Both the position numbers and the translations under genes were made by a program. Below, piece after piece: positions 24,701 through 34,162 of a stretch of 54,824 bases of DNA (position 1 is its first letter; every line of letters starts with the position of its first letter). The DNA is taken from positions 1 through 54,824 of IMG/VR virus record IMGVR_UViG_3300031602_000003. One strand, written 5' to 3'. Source of the DNA: a virus. Its lineage: Duplodnaviria > Caudoviricetes. Under the pieces are notes generated by a model. It saw nothing but the letters and a program-made list of their open reading frames with translations. It made no database searches and was not told where the DNA came from.

Positions 24701-26461
24701 ATGAAAAAATATATAATTCTCATACTGATAGTTTTAAGTATACCGATAATAATGCAGAGCATTCCTACCGAAGTACTAAAGCTCAGAACTTTTGACGCAT
24801 TAGTTCAAACTCCCGCAAGTAGCGGAAATTTCATAGTCCTGAATATTACAGAAGATGATGTAGAACGAGAAGGAGGCTATCCATTCCCTCGTTACAGACT
24901 GGCTGAAATACACAAGAGCATTATGGAAAAGGGTGCGTTAGGGATTGGTTGGGTTATCTCATTTCCACAAGCAGATAGGTTGGGTGGGGACGTAGAATTT
25001 GCAAGAGAATTAATTACTAGTTCAAGTGTTATTGCGATGTTTGAGAATGGTAAAGGGATATATCCTACTCCGACAGGTACAGTTGTTAAGGGCGATAACA
25101 TAGGAGGGGTATTTACTACAGGTGTTAAGTCTAATATAGAGATCTTAGCCTCTAGTGCTCTTGAAGGTATTGCAATTGCTCCAACTGAGGTTGACAATCT
25201 AGTGCGGCGGATCCCCTTACTACTCAGAACACCCGATGGATGGATTGCCTCATTTGGAACACAAGTTCTAAAAGCGATAACCGGGTCACGAAGCTATATA
25301 ATAACTACAAATGAAAACGGTATTCAAGAGATAGCAGTTCGGGGTTTACCTCCTGTTAAGACCGACAGCTTAGGACGCAAATGGGTCAGTTGGGTTAAGC
25401 CAGAAGTAACTACATTGCAGGAAATGAATGTACAAGATAAGTATATATTTATAGGTGTAACAGCAAACGGCGTTATGCCTCAAATTGCAACACCTGCTGG
25501 ATTGCTAGAACCTCATTATATCCAAGCTGCATTAGCGGAATCTATGTTGATACAAAATAGTCCATATATTCCTGATTATGCTACAGCTCTTGAGCTAGGT
25601 ATATTTGTTGTATCTGTAACACTTGTGTGGATGACATTACATATACTAGGCATAACATGGGGGCTTCTATCAGCAGGGGCTGTTATGTCTTTAACAAGCT
25701 ACTTGGGCATACTGATGATACAACAAGGTTTGTTAATCGATGTATCTTGGGCAGTGATTAGTCAGTTTATCACCGCAACAATCGCTTTCTATCTTAGGTT
25801 TAGAGAGCAATATAAACTAAGGCAGCAGATTAAGAAACAGTTTGAGCATTACTTAGATCCCCGGCAAGTGAAACAATTACAAGATAAGCCAGAGCTGTTA
25901 GTTCTAGGTGGCGAGAAGAGGTATGCCACCTTTTTATTCACAGATGTGCGTGGATTCACTAGTATGTCAGAGTCTTTACCACCAGAACAAGTGACTTATA
26001 TAATGAATAAAGCTTTGACAGCGCAACAATATGCTGTGCAAAGTAATGGAGGTATGGTAGACAAGTATATTGGTGATGCTATGATGGCTATCTTTAATGC
26101 TCCCTTGGATCAAGAGGATCATGAAGAGTTAGCAGTACAGACAGCGTTAGATATAGAAAGTAATATGGTTGTTCTTAACGAAGAGTTAGAAGAACAAGGG
26201 CTACCAAAAGTAGTTATAGGTATAGGTATCAATAGTGGAGAGGCCGTCATAGGTAATATGGGCAGTGACACAAGGTTTGATTACACTGCTATTGGAGACG
26301 CTGTTAATACGGCAGCAAGACTAGAAAGCTCTACAAAAGAGCACGGTGTTGACATATTAATAGGAGAGTCTACTGTTAATAAGATATCCCGCAACTGTGA
26401 GTACGTTGGAAGCATAAAAGTAAAAGGTAAACGTAAGGCGTTAAAAGTTTATACTATTTAG
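24701..26461 (+). CDS. CHASE2-domain class III adenylate cyclase
   Basis: N-terminal TM, CHASE2 (LRTFD, YPFPR, DNLVRRIPL, TPAG), three TMs, then FTDVRGFT, DKYIGDAMMAIF, IGINSGE, YTAIGDAVNTAARLE, VKGK. Confidence 0.95.
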   Translation: MKKYIILILIVLSIPIIMQSIPTEVLKLRTFDALVQTPASSGNFIVLNITEDDVEREGGYPFPRYRLAEIHKSIMEKGALGIGWVISFPQADRLGGDVEFARELITSSSVIAMFENGKGIYPTPTGTVVKGDNIGGVFTTGVKSNIEILASSALEGIAIAPTEVDNLVRRIPLLLRTPDGWIASFGTQVLKAITGSRSYIITTNENGIQEIAVRGLPPVKTDSLGRKWVSWVKPEVTTLQEMNVQDKYIFIGVTANGVMPQIATPAGLLEPHYIQAALAESMLIQNSPYIPDYATALELGIFVVSVTLVWMTLHILGITWGLLSAGAVMSLTSYLGILMIQQGLLIDVSWAVISQFITATIAFYLRFREQYKLRQQIKKQFEHYLDPRQVKQLQDKPELLVLGGEKRYATFLFTDVRGFTSMSESLPPEQVTYIMNKALTAQQYAVQSNGGMVDKYIGDAMMAIFNAPLDQEDHEELAVQTALDIESNMVVLNEELEEQGLPKVVIGIGINSGEAVIGNMGSDTRFDYTAIGDAVNTAARLESSTKEHGVDILIGESTVNKISRNCEYVGSIKVKGKRKALKVYTI

Positions 26462-26472
26462 AGGAAACGAAC

Positions 26473-26853
26473 ATGTTAGCACAATTAATCGGCCCAGTAG
26501 CAGGACTACTAGATAAGTTCATACCTGACAAAGATCAAGCAGCAGCATTGGCACATGAGATAGCCACGATGTCTGAGAAACATGCTAATGAATTGGCTAA
26601 GGGGCAGCTTGAAGTAAACAAGGCTGAAGCTCAATCAGGCTCTCTGTTTATTGGAGGCTGGCGTCCCTTTGTTGGCTGGGTATGCGGTATAGGGCTTGCT
26701 TATAATGTCATACTGTCGCAGTTTCTAGCTATATGGTTTGAAGTACCTACTGTGGATCCTAGCTTGCTAACACCAGTACTTATGGGTATGTTAGGAATGG
26801 GCGCTATGAGAAGTTACGAAAAGAAAAACGGTGTTGCCAAGGAAAAGAAATGA
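26473..26853 (+). CDS. holin (3TM, GTA-holin-like family)
   Basis: LLDKFIPDKD, GQLEVNKAEA, GWRPFVGWVC, LMGMLGMGAMRSYEK. Confidence 0.85.
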   Translation: MLAQLIGPVAGLLDKFIPDKDQAAALAHEIATMSEKHANELAKGQLEVNKAEAQSGSLFIGGWRPFVGWVCGIGLAYNVILSQFLAIWFEVPTVDPSLLTPVLMGMLGMGAMRSYEKKNGVAKEKK

Positions 26854-27113
26854 AAATATCATTTACAAAACATGCTAACTCTTTAGGAGAGACTTACTTG
26901 GAACATTTAGCCTCAGCTTTATTATACGCATGTACTATAGCAGCAGCGTTTGTAGTGTGCTTAATACATGCCTTCTTGCCGTTTCTATTTGAGAACACTG
27001 GTGGAGAGATGATTAATCGCCTATCCGACAATATAAACAAAAGAACAAAACAAAACTGTGCATGTTCTACAGCACCTAAGAAGAAAAGGAAAAAAAGCAA
27101 TGCCCCAAGGTAA
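26850..27113 (+). CDS. small membrane protein (DUF6356-like)
   Basis: FTKHANSLGETYLEH...CLIHAFLPFLFENTG. Confidence 0.7.
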   Translation: MKISFTKHANSLGETYLEHLASALLYACTIAAAFVVCLIHAFLPFLFENTGGEMINRLSDNINKRTKQNCACSTAPKKKRKKSNAPR

Positions 27114-27297
27114 AGGTACATATGGAACTACAAGAGGTAGACCCCCTAAGAAGAAGCCTAGCGTAAGAAGTATACATCAAGCAGGTGCTCTCGGTAATCT
27201 TAAAAACCCAAAGACAGGTAAATCTACTTACCCAGAGTCTTTAAAGGCCGGGAAAGCTGCAACAAGAAAAAAACCTGTGCGTAAAAGACCAAGATGA
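27100..27297 (+). CDS. small basic protein with AT-hook-like RGRP
   Basis: MPQGKGTYGTTRGRPPKKK; start refined from ORF 27058..27297. Confidence 0.65.
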   Translation: MPQGKGTYGTTRGRPPKKKPSVRSIHQAGALGNLKNPKTGKSTYPESLKAGKAATRKKPVRKRPR

Positions 27298-27716
27298 GCA
27301 ATCTACTTATTCAACAGCTTAAACGCCATGAGGGTATGAAGCTAAAGCCATACAAATGTACCGCTGGAAAGCTCACAATTGGAATCGGCCGTAACTTAGA
27401 TGATGTAGGTATATCTGAGGATGAGGCGGAAACACTCTTACACCATGATATTATAGAGGCTACAAACCAACTTTTGTCGGCCTTCCCCTGGATGGGCAGT
27501 CTCAATGATGCACGAATAGGTGCAATGATTAACTTTACATTCAATGTCGGTATTGGCACAGTAAAGAAGTTTAAAATTACATTAGAGCATCTAAAGAATA
27601 ACGCCTTTGAAGAGGCGGCAACCGAGATGTTAACTTCTCGTTGGAGTGAGCAAGTAGGTGCTAGAAGTATAGAAATAACTGACCAAATCCGCACAGGTAG
27701 ATGGAAGATTATATGA
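27294..27716 (+). CDS. endolysin, GH24 (T4-type) lysozyme
   Basis: LKRHEG..LKPYKCTAGKLTIGIGRNL catalytic region; NFTFNVG; SRWSEQVGARS. Confidence 0.92.
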   Translation: MSNLLIQQLKRHEGMKLKPYKCTAGKLTIGIGRNLDDVGISEDEAETLLHHDIIEATNQLLSAFPWMGSLNDARIGAMINFTFNVGIGTVKKFKITLEHLKNNAFEEAATEMLTSRWSEQVGARSIEITDQIRTGRWKII

Positions 27717-27865
27717 TGTTCTCCATACTTCTGAAGAAGTTTAAAAAACTATTTGCAAAATATTTATTGATTGGTGTGCCCGCTTGGGTTATCTATGAAG
27801 AGGTAAAGCACTTTTTTAACCCCCAACAAGTAGGTGAAGTTGTATGTCCGAAACTAAAGAAGTAA
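27713..27865 (+). CDS. putative membrane microprotein in the lysis cassette (50 aa)
   Basis: Manual translation MMFSILLKKFKKLFAKYLLIGVPAWVIYEEVKHFFNPQQVGEVVCPKLKK; ATGA overlap with endolysin. Confidence 0.5.
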   Translation: MMFSILLKKFKKLFAKYLLIGVPAWVIYEEVKHFFNPQQVGEVVCPKLKK

Positions 27866-28146
27866 GCCCGATGGAAAAACATGTACGGACGGCACTAGCT
27901 ATACTAATCACAGGGATGTGTTTTTGGATTATAGACACACTGGCTAATCAGACAATACAGACAGCGGTACTAAGTGCCAAAATGGACTCAATACAGCTAG
28001 ATATCGCAGAGCTAAAAGAGAATAGTAAAACTTATGTTAGTTTAAGCGCGGCAGCAGACGCGCATAATATAATCAATCATAGGCTTGATCAATTGAATCT
28101 ACAAGTGAGAGCAGTAGAGCTAACTAATACAAAATCTGGCTCTTAA
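27844..28146 (+). CDS. single-TM coiled-coil protein (lysis accessory; holin- or spanin-like)
   Basis: N-terminal TM followed by heptad repeats; lies between endolysin and portal. Confidence 0.6.
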   Translation: MSETKEVSPMEKHVRTALAILITGMCFWIIDTLANQTIQTAVLSAKMDSIQLDIAELKENSKTYVSLSAAADAHNIINHRLDQLNLQVRAVELTNTKSGS

Positions 28147-28166
28147 CTTAATTAAGGTATTTATTT

Positions 28167-30347
28167 ATGGCAATAGAAGAAGAATTAAAGCTCAATAAAG
28201 GGGAATCTGAGGACGACACTAGTAACAATCAGATGACTGAGTGGGATAATGAGCCTACAATAATAGATCTTAAACAAGATATTACAGACGCATCAAGTGA
28301 TGTATCTGCGCATGTCAGTAAAGTAGACAAGTGGCTAGAGAACCTGAATATAACAGGACAAGCTGTAGTAACTAATGGCAAAGGCCGTTCTAACATAGTT
28401 CCCAAACTTATTCGTAAGCAGGCAGAGTGGAGGTATGCTTCGTTAAGTGAGCCTTTCTTAGCCACTAGTGATATCTTTGATGTGGATCCTATCACGTATG
28501 AAGATAAGAAAGCTGCAGAGCAGAACGCGCTAGTACTTAATAATCAATTCAATACAAAGATAGATAAAACTAAGTTTGTTGATGAGTATGTCCGAACCGC
28601 CGTAGATGAAGGCACCGTAATTGTAAGAGTTGGCTGGGACTTCGAAGAGGAAGAAGTTGAAGTAGAAGTGCCAGACTATGATTTTGAAGTGACACAAGAT
28701 CCTGCTGAAGTACAACAAGTAGAACAAGCATTACAAGACTCCCAAGAAAACCCACAAGCACACGAAGGCCTAGCTCCTGAAGTACAACAAGCTATGCAAT
28801 TGTCTGCACAACAGGGTCAACCGATAATTCCTGTGCAAATTGGGTCTCACACAGAAACACAAATAAAAACAATTAGAAACCACCCGACACTAGAAGTATG
28901 TAACTATAAGAATATTTCTATAGATCCTACAGCAATAGGTGACTTGTCTAAAGCTTCCTTCCTGTCCTACACTTTTGATAGTTCTAAGGCAGAACTTAAG
29001 AGAGACGGTAAGTACAAGAACTTAGATGATATCATTGTTGATGATAATTCTGTATTAGCTGCGCCGGATACTGACACAGATACTAGTGGCGGTGCTTCGT
29101 TTACATTTAATGATGAGCCTAGAAAAAGGCTTACTGTTGTGGAGTATTGGGGCTTCTGGGATATTCACGATGATGGGACAGTTGCCCCGATTGTGGCTGC
29201 TTGGGTTGGGAAAACATTAATACGTTTAGAAGAGAATCCTTATCCAGACCAGAAAATCCCATTTGTCATTGCACAATACTTACCTGTGCGTAGATCCCTA
29301 TATGGTGAGCCTGATGGCGAGCTACTAGAAGATAACCAACGTATAGTGGGGGCTGTTACCCGTGGTATGATTGATACTATGGGCCGCTCTGCTAATGGAC
29401 AACAAGGTATTCGTAAAGACGCCTTAGATATTACTAATAAGCGTAAGTTCGATAAAGGACTTGATTATGAGTTCAATGGTAGTGTCGATCCTAGGGTAGC
29501 ATTTCATATGCACACTTACCCTGAAGTTCCACAATCTGCGCAATTCATGCTTGGCTTACAAAACAATGAAGCAGAGAGCCTTACAGGTGTTAAAGCTTTT
29601 AGTTCTACTGGTATTACAGGTGCTGCACTAGGTGAGAATGTCGGTGGCATTAAATCAGCTATGGATGCAGCCTCTAAAAGAGAGTTAGGTATTCTCCGCA
29701 GATTAGCTACAGGCATTAAAGAAATAGGCCGTAAAATTATTAGTATGAATGGCGAGTTTCTTGATGAAGAAGAAATAGTTAGAGTTACTAATGATGAGTT
29801 TGTTCCTGTTAAGAGGGATGACCTAGCAGGTAACTTTGATCTACGCCTATCTATTAGTACTCCAGAAGCAGATGAATCTAAAGCCAAAGAGCTTGCCTTT
29901 ATGCTTCAAACTACAGGTCAGACTATGGGGCCAGAGTTCTCAAAGATAATATTGAGTGATATAGCTAAATTACGTAAGATGCCTGATTTAGCTAAAAGAA
30001 TATCTGACTATGCACCACAACCAGATCCTCAAGCACAAGAGAAAGCTATGCTTGAGATAGAACTATTAAAAGCACAAATTGCTACTGAAATGTCTAAAGC
30101 TAATGAGAACAATGCTGAAGCTGAATTAGACAAAGCCAAGATTGGCAACTTACAGAGTGACACTGACTTAAAAGATTTGGATTTCCTAGAACAGGAATCC
30201 GGAACCAAGCAAGCGCAACAAATGCAATTGCAAAGCGAGAAAGCTAAGAAAGATTTACAGGGCAATCTTATTCAACAATCTGAAAAGAATCAGTTTGATA
30301 GAGAAGAGAATAGATTCGCTGCAAATAGTTCCGCTAATTCTCTTTAA
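28167..30347 (+). CDS. portal protein (N4 gp59-like)
   Basis: PKLIRKQAEWRYASLSEPFL, YGEPDGELLEDNQ, AESLTGVKAF, SKRELGILRRLA. Confidence 0.95.
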   Translation: MAIEEELKLNKGESEDDTSNNQMTEWDNEPTIIDLKQDITDASSDVSAHVSKVDKWLENLNITGQAVVTNGKGRSNIVPKLIRKQAEWRYASLSEPFLATSDIFDVDPITYEDKKAAEQNALVLNNQFNTKIDKTKFVDEYVRTAVDEGTVIVRVGWDFEEEEVEVEVPDYDFEVTQDPAEVQQVEQALQDSQENPQAHEGLAPEVQQAMQLSAQQGQPIIPVQIGSHTETQIKTIRNHPTLEVCNYKNISIDPTAIGDLSKASFLSYTFDSSKAELKRDGKYKNLDDIIVDDNSVLAAPDTDTDTSGGASFTFNDEPRKRLTVVEYWGFWDIHDDGTVAPIVAAWVGKTLIRLEENPYPDQKIPFVIAQYLPVRRSLYGEPDGELLEDNQRIVGAVTRGMIDTMGRSANGQQGIRKDALDITNKRKFDKGLDYEFNGSVDPRVAFHMHTYPEVPQSAQFMLGLQNNEAESLTGVKAFSSTGITGAALGENVGGIKSAMDAASKRELGILRRLATGIKEIGRKIISMNGEFLDEEEIVRVTNDEFVPVKRDDLAGNFDLRLSISTPEADESKAKELAFMLQTTGQTMGPEFSKIILSDIAKLRKMPDLAKRISDYAPQPDPQAQEKAMLEIELLKAQIATEMSKANENNAEAELDKAKIGNLQSDTDLKDLDFLEQESGTKQAQQMQLQSEKAKKDLQGNLIQQSEKNQFDREENRFAANSSANSL

Positions 30348-30357
30348 TTAAACCGAA

Positions 30358-30379
30358 TCTCTTCCCGTAAGGGAGAGGA
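30358..30379 (+). promoter_or_regulatory. intergenic GNRA-tetraloop hairpin
   Basis: CTCTTCCC-GTAA-GGGAGAG between portal and next gene; no U tract. Confidence 0.45.
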
Positions 30380-30398
30380 CACAGAAGGACTATATACT

Positions 30399-30740
30399 AT
30401 GAGAAATAACTCTGAATCAGAGACTATTGAGCTGACTATTGAGCAAGCAAAAAACTTAATCAAAAGAGGCGAGTCTTTAAAAAAACTTTACAATAACAAA
30501 GACTTTAAAAATGTAATCTTAGAAGATTACTTTAAAGATAATGCAATACGTTTAGTGCATCTTAGAAGTGATCCTAACTGCCAAACAGATGAAATTCAAG
30601 GCAACATCTTACGTGAGATGGATGGCGTTGGCTCACTGAAGAAATACTTTAATGTTATTTTGGCTTTAGCATCAAGAGCAGAGCAGGACTTAGCAGCAGC
30701 AGAAGAAGCCCGTGAGGAAATAGCTGCAGAGGAGCTGTAA
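30399..30740 (+). CDS. N4 gp58-like protein
   Basis: LYNNKDFKNVILEDYF motif; position after portal. Confidence 0.8.
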   Translation: MRNNSESETIELTIEQAKNLIKRGESLKKLYNNKDFKNVILEDYFKDNAIRLVHLRSDPNCQTDEIQGNILREMDGVGSLKKYFNVILALASRAEQDLAAAEEAREEIAAEEL

Positions 30741-30741
30741 G

Positions 30742-31935
30742 ATGGCAAACACTGAAACACAAAGTGATCAATCATTCTTAGATGCTTCAGATGAAGCAAT
30801 GATGGAAATGGCCCCTCCTGCTCTAGAAGAAGAAGAAATTGAAGAGGCGCCAATTGAAGAGGATACAGGCGATGATACTACAGAAAATAATGAACATACT
30901 GAAGAACCTGCTTCTGATACTGAAGAACGACACGATACTTCTGATGAGGTATCTGCGGAAACAGACGAAGAGGATAGTGTCTTATCTCAGGACGATGATA
31001 CAGAGATAGATGAAGATAAAGAAGTTGCACAAGATACAACTTTTGACAATGCTGAAACTACAGACGAAGAAACAGATGCTGCCAATGATGAGGCAGACCC
31101 TGTTGGCAAGATAGATTACAAGGCTGAGTATGATCGTATAATGGCACCATTTAAAGCTAATGGTAAGACTATGCAACTAGACAAAGCCGAAGATGTAATT
31201 CAGTTAATGTCTATGGGAGCTAACTATAATCAAAAGATGAGAGCGCTAAAACCTAATCTTAAGATTATGAAAATGCTTGACAACAATAACTTACTAGACG
31301 AAAGTAAGCTGAACTACTTAATAGACCTGGATAAGAAGAACCCAGATGCTATTACTAAGTTACTCAAGGACAGTGGTATAGACCCACTCAATGTTGATGT
31401 AGAAGAAGATTCTAAGTATAAGACTAACAATGCTTACACTGTTAGTGACAAAGATGTAGAACTTGATACTGTGTTAGAGGAAATTCAACACTCAACTAGT
31501 TACCAAGAAACAATTGATGTCATAAGCAACAAGTGGGACGAGCCTAGTAAAAGAATCATTTTAGACGACCCAAATATTATACGTGATATTAATGCTCACA
31601 TCGCAGATGGTGTATATGCAGAGATTATGACAGTAGTAGATAGGGAACGAGTTTTAGGTAAACTTAACGGTGTACCGGATATTACAGCTTACAATCGAGT
31701 AGGTGAACATATGCAAGCTAATGGGATGTTTAAAGCGCAACAAACTACCCCAGCCGCCACTACAAATGTTAAACCAGTCGAAAATAGTAAGAAGATAGAT
31801 CCAAAGCTCAACAAAAGAAAACTAGCTGCAGGAGGCACTAAAAGTGCTCCATCTAAGAAAGGCAGATCAGACTTCGATCCACTAGCCCTATCAGATGAAG
31901 AATTTGAAAAGCTTTCTGTTAATGATTTTAAATAA
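30742..31935 (+). CDS. N4 gp57-like protein (probable scaffold)
   Basis: Very acidic N-terminus, APFKANGK, LMSMGANY, C-terminal PLALSDEEFEK; precedes MCP. Confidence 0.85.
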   Translation: MANTETQSDQSFLDASDEAMMEMAPPALEEEEIEEAPIEEDTGDDTTENNEHTEEPASDTEERHDTSDEVSAETDEEDSVLSQDDDTEIDEDKEVAQDTTFDNAETTDEETDAANDEADPVGKIDYKAEYDRIMAPFKANGKTMQLDKAEDVIQLMSMGANYNQKMRALKPNLKIMKMLDNNNLLDESKLNYLIDLDKKNPDAITKLLKDSGIDPLNVDVEEDSKYKTNNAYTVSDKDVELDTVLEEIQHSTSYQETIDVISNKWDEPSKRIILDDPNIIRDINAHIADGVYAEIMTVVDRERVLGKLNGVPDITAYNRVGEHMQANGMFKAQQTTPAATTNVKPVENSKKIDPKLNKRKLAAGGTKSAPSKKGRSDFDPLALSDEEFEKLSVNDFK

Positions 31936-31952
31936 CTAAGGAGTGACCACTA

Positions 31953-33464
31953 ATGGCACGTATTTATAATGATCCCGCAGGAGGATCAGAAAGCACAGTA
32001 GGTAATCAATTACGTACTGACTATTACCAAAAAAAGGCTCTTATCGAAGCTAAAAAAGAGCAATACTTCGGCCAAATGGCTGATACAACATCCATGCCTA
32101 AGAACATGGGAAAGACGATTAAGCTCTATCATTATTTACCTCTACTCGATGATGCAAACATCAACGATCAGGGTCTAGATGCTGCTGGCGCTACAACAAA
32201 CCAAGACTGTACAGTCGTAGTTACTATGTCTGACGGTTCTTTGCCTAATATTAATCTAGCAAACTCAGTTGGCAACGCTGCTCACTTTGTTGGTCTAGGT
32301 GCTGATGCTGCAGCTGCTAAAGCTGACGTTATCGTACATGTAAACGCATGGATGGAGCAGCTTGCTGTTGCTGGAGGCCTGGCTGTGTCACTTGTTGGAT
32401 CTTCTGCAGCTCTTAAGTTTGCTGACGGTGTTAATAGCACTGATGGTCTTGCTTACGTTAAAGGCTTCCGCTTTAAGACTAGCGCAGGCACAACTATCGA
32501 AGCTACTGCTACTCTTACTTCTCAACCTGCTTATGGTAACCTATATGGTTCATCTCGCGATGTTGGTACGATTACTGCGAAACTTCCTGCTCTTTCTGAG
32601 TCAGGTGGACGTGTTAACCGTGTTGGCTTTAAGAGGCGTGAGCTTGAAGGAACTATTGCTAAGTTCGGTTTCTTTGATGAGTATACACAAGAGTCTATGG
32701 ATTTTGATACAGACTCTGAATTGCAAATGCATATCAATCGTGAAATGATCAATGGCGCTAACGAGATTACTGAAGACGCTCTTCAGATCGATCTTCTTAA
32801 CGGTGCTGGTGTTGTTCGCTTTGGTGGCGTTGCTACTCAAACAAGTGAAATTACTGGTGTTGCCGCTACTAAGTCTGTTGTGTCTTACAACGACCTAATG
32901 CGTCTATCTGTAGATCTTGACAACAACCGTTGCCCTAAGAATACCAAAATTATTACTGGTACTCGTATGGTCGACACTAAAACTATTAACGCTGCTCGTT
33001 ATATGTATGTAGGTGCTGAACTTGTACCTGCTCTTAAAGCAATGGCTGATAGTTTCTCAAACCAAGCATTCATGTCAGTAGAGAAATATGCTGATGCAGG
33101 TAATGTCGCTAATGGTGAAATTGGTTCTATCGACCAATTCCGTATTATCGTTGTTCCTGAAATGATGCGTTGGGAAGGTGCTGGTGCTGCTGAAGGTACT
33201 AACGCCGGTTACCGTGCTACTGGCGGTAATTATGACGTGTATCCAATGCTTGTTGTTGGATCTGAGTCATTTACTACAATTGGTTTCCAAACTGACGGCA
33301 AGACTGTTAAGTTTAAAATCAAACATGCTGCACCGGGTTCAACTGAATCTTATGCATCAGACCCATACGGCGAAACTGGCTTCATGAGTATCAAATGGTA
33401 CTATGGATCTCTGATTCTACGTCCAGAGCGCATTGCTCTGATTAAAACTGTTGCCCCTTGGTAA
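31953..33464 (+). CDS. major capsid protein (N4 gp56-like) with ~110-aa insertion
   Basis: [54 protein letters not shown]. Confidence 0.96.
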   Translation: MARIYNDPAGGSESTVGNQLRTDYYQKKALIEAKKEQYFGQMADTTSMPKNMGKTIKLYHYLPLLDDANINDQGLDAAGATTNQDCTVVVTMSDGSLPNINLANSVGNAAHFVGLGADAAAAKADVIVHVNAWMEQLAVAGGLAVSLVGSSAALKFADGVNSTDGLAYVKGFRFKTSAGTTIEATATLTSQPAYGNLYGSSRDVGTITAKLPALSESGGRVNRVGFKRRELEGTIAKFGFFDEYTQESMDFDTDSELQMHINREMINGANEITEDALQIDLLNGAGVVRFGGVATQTSEITGVAATKSVVSYNDLMRLSVDLDNNRCPKNTKIITGTRMVDTKTINAARYMYVGAELVPALKAMADSFSNQAFMSVEKYADAGNVANGEIGSIDQFRIIVVPEMMRWEGAGAAEGTNAGYRATGGNYDVYPMLVVGSESFTTIGFQTDGKTVKFKIKHAAPGSTESYASDPYGETGFMSIKWYYGSLILRPERIALIKTVAPW

Positions 33465-33483
33465 TAGTTATTTAACCTAAGAG

Positions 33484-33514
33484 CCCTCCCCCAACGGGGG
33501 AGGGTTTCTCTCTT
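33484..33514 (+). terminator. rho-independent terminator after MCP
   Basis: CCCTCCCCC-AAC-GGGGGAGGG then TTTCTCTCTT. Confidence 0.8.
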
Positions 33515-33523
33515 AAACATATA

Positions 33524-34144
33524 ATGGAAGAAAAAGTTATGACTATCAACACAGACCAAATAGCAGAATCAACTGTACCTGCACAAGACGAATTGACAGT
33601 ACTAAAAGCGCGTGCAGCTACTCTCGGAATTAAACATCATCCTTCAATAGGATTAGATAAGCTGAAAGCTAAAGTAAACGGTGCTCTGTCAGACACCCCA
33701 ACAGAAGTTGCGGAAGATATTATGAATGAAGACCAAGGTGTCTTAAAAGAACTAGCAGACATTCCTGAAACCGAACTACAGATGATCAGTAGATTGCGCC
33801 GTGAAGCTACACAGCTCCAACGTGTCGTCATTGCCTGTATGAACCCACAGAAGAAAGAGTGGGAAGGTGAAATTTTCACAGTAGGGAACAGCGCTGTAGG
33901 ATCTATTAAGAAGTACGTGCCTTTTAATAATGATGAAGGGTGGCATGTTCCAAAAATGCTCCTAAACATGATTACAGAACGTAAGTGCCAAATATTTGTT
34001 AATGGCAAAAACCACAAAGGCCAGTCAGTCAAAGTGGCTAAATTAATCAATGAGTTTGCTATACAATACCTCCCTGCATTAACTGGGGAAGAGTTAAAAG
34101 ATTTAGCTCAAAAACAAGCAATGTCTCACGCTATAGACGCATAA
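33524..34144 (+). CDS. N4 gp55-like protein
   Basis: LKARAATLGIKHHPSIGLDKL, CMNPQKKEWEGEIFTVGN, KYVPF, LPALT. Confidence 0.85.
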   Translation: MEEKVMTINTDQIAESTVPAQDELTVLKARAATLGIKHHPSIGLDKLKAKVNGALSDTPTEVAEDIMNEDQGVLKELADIPETELQMISRLRREATQLQRVVIACMNPQKKEWEGEIFTVGNSAVGSIKKYVPFNNDEGWHVPKMLLNMITERKCQIFVNGKNHKGQSVKVAKLINEFAIQYLPALTGEELKDLAQKQAMSHAIDA

Positions 34145-34162
34145 CCATAAGGTAACAGCACC

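Noticed and set aside
20854-26461. Host chromosomal contamination or prophage boundary
   Set aside because: Genes are co-oriented and tightly packed with phage tail and holin genes, composition is similar, and no integrase or att site was seen; read mapping would be needed to exclude a chimera fully.
32196-32525. Intein or intron in the capsid gene
   Set aside because: The frame is continuous and there is no TxxH or terminal HN motif.
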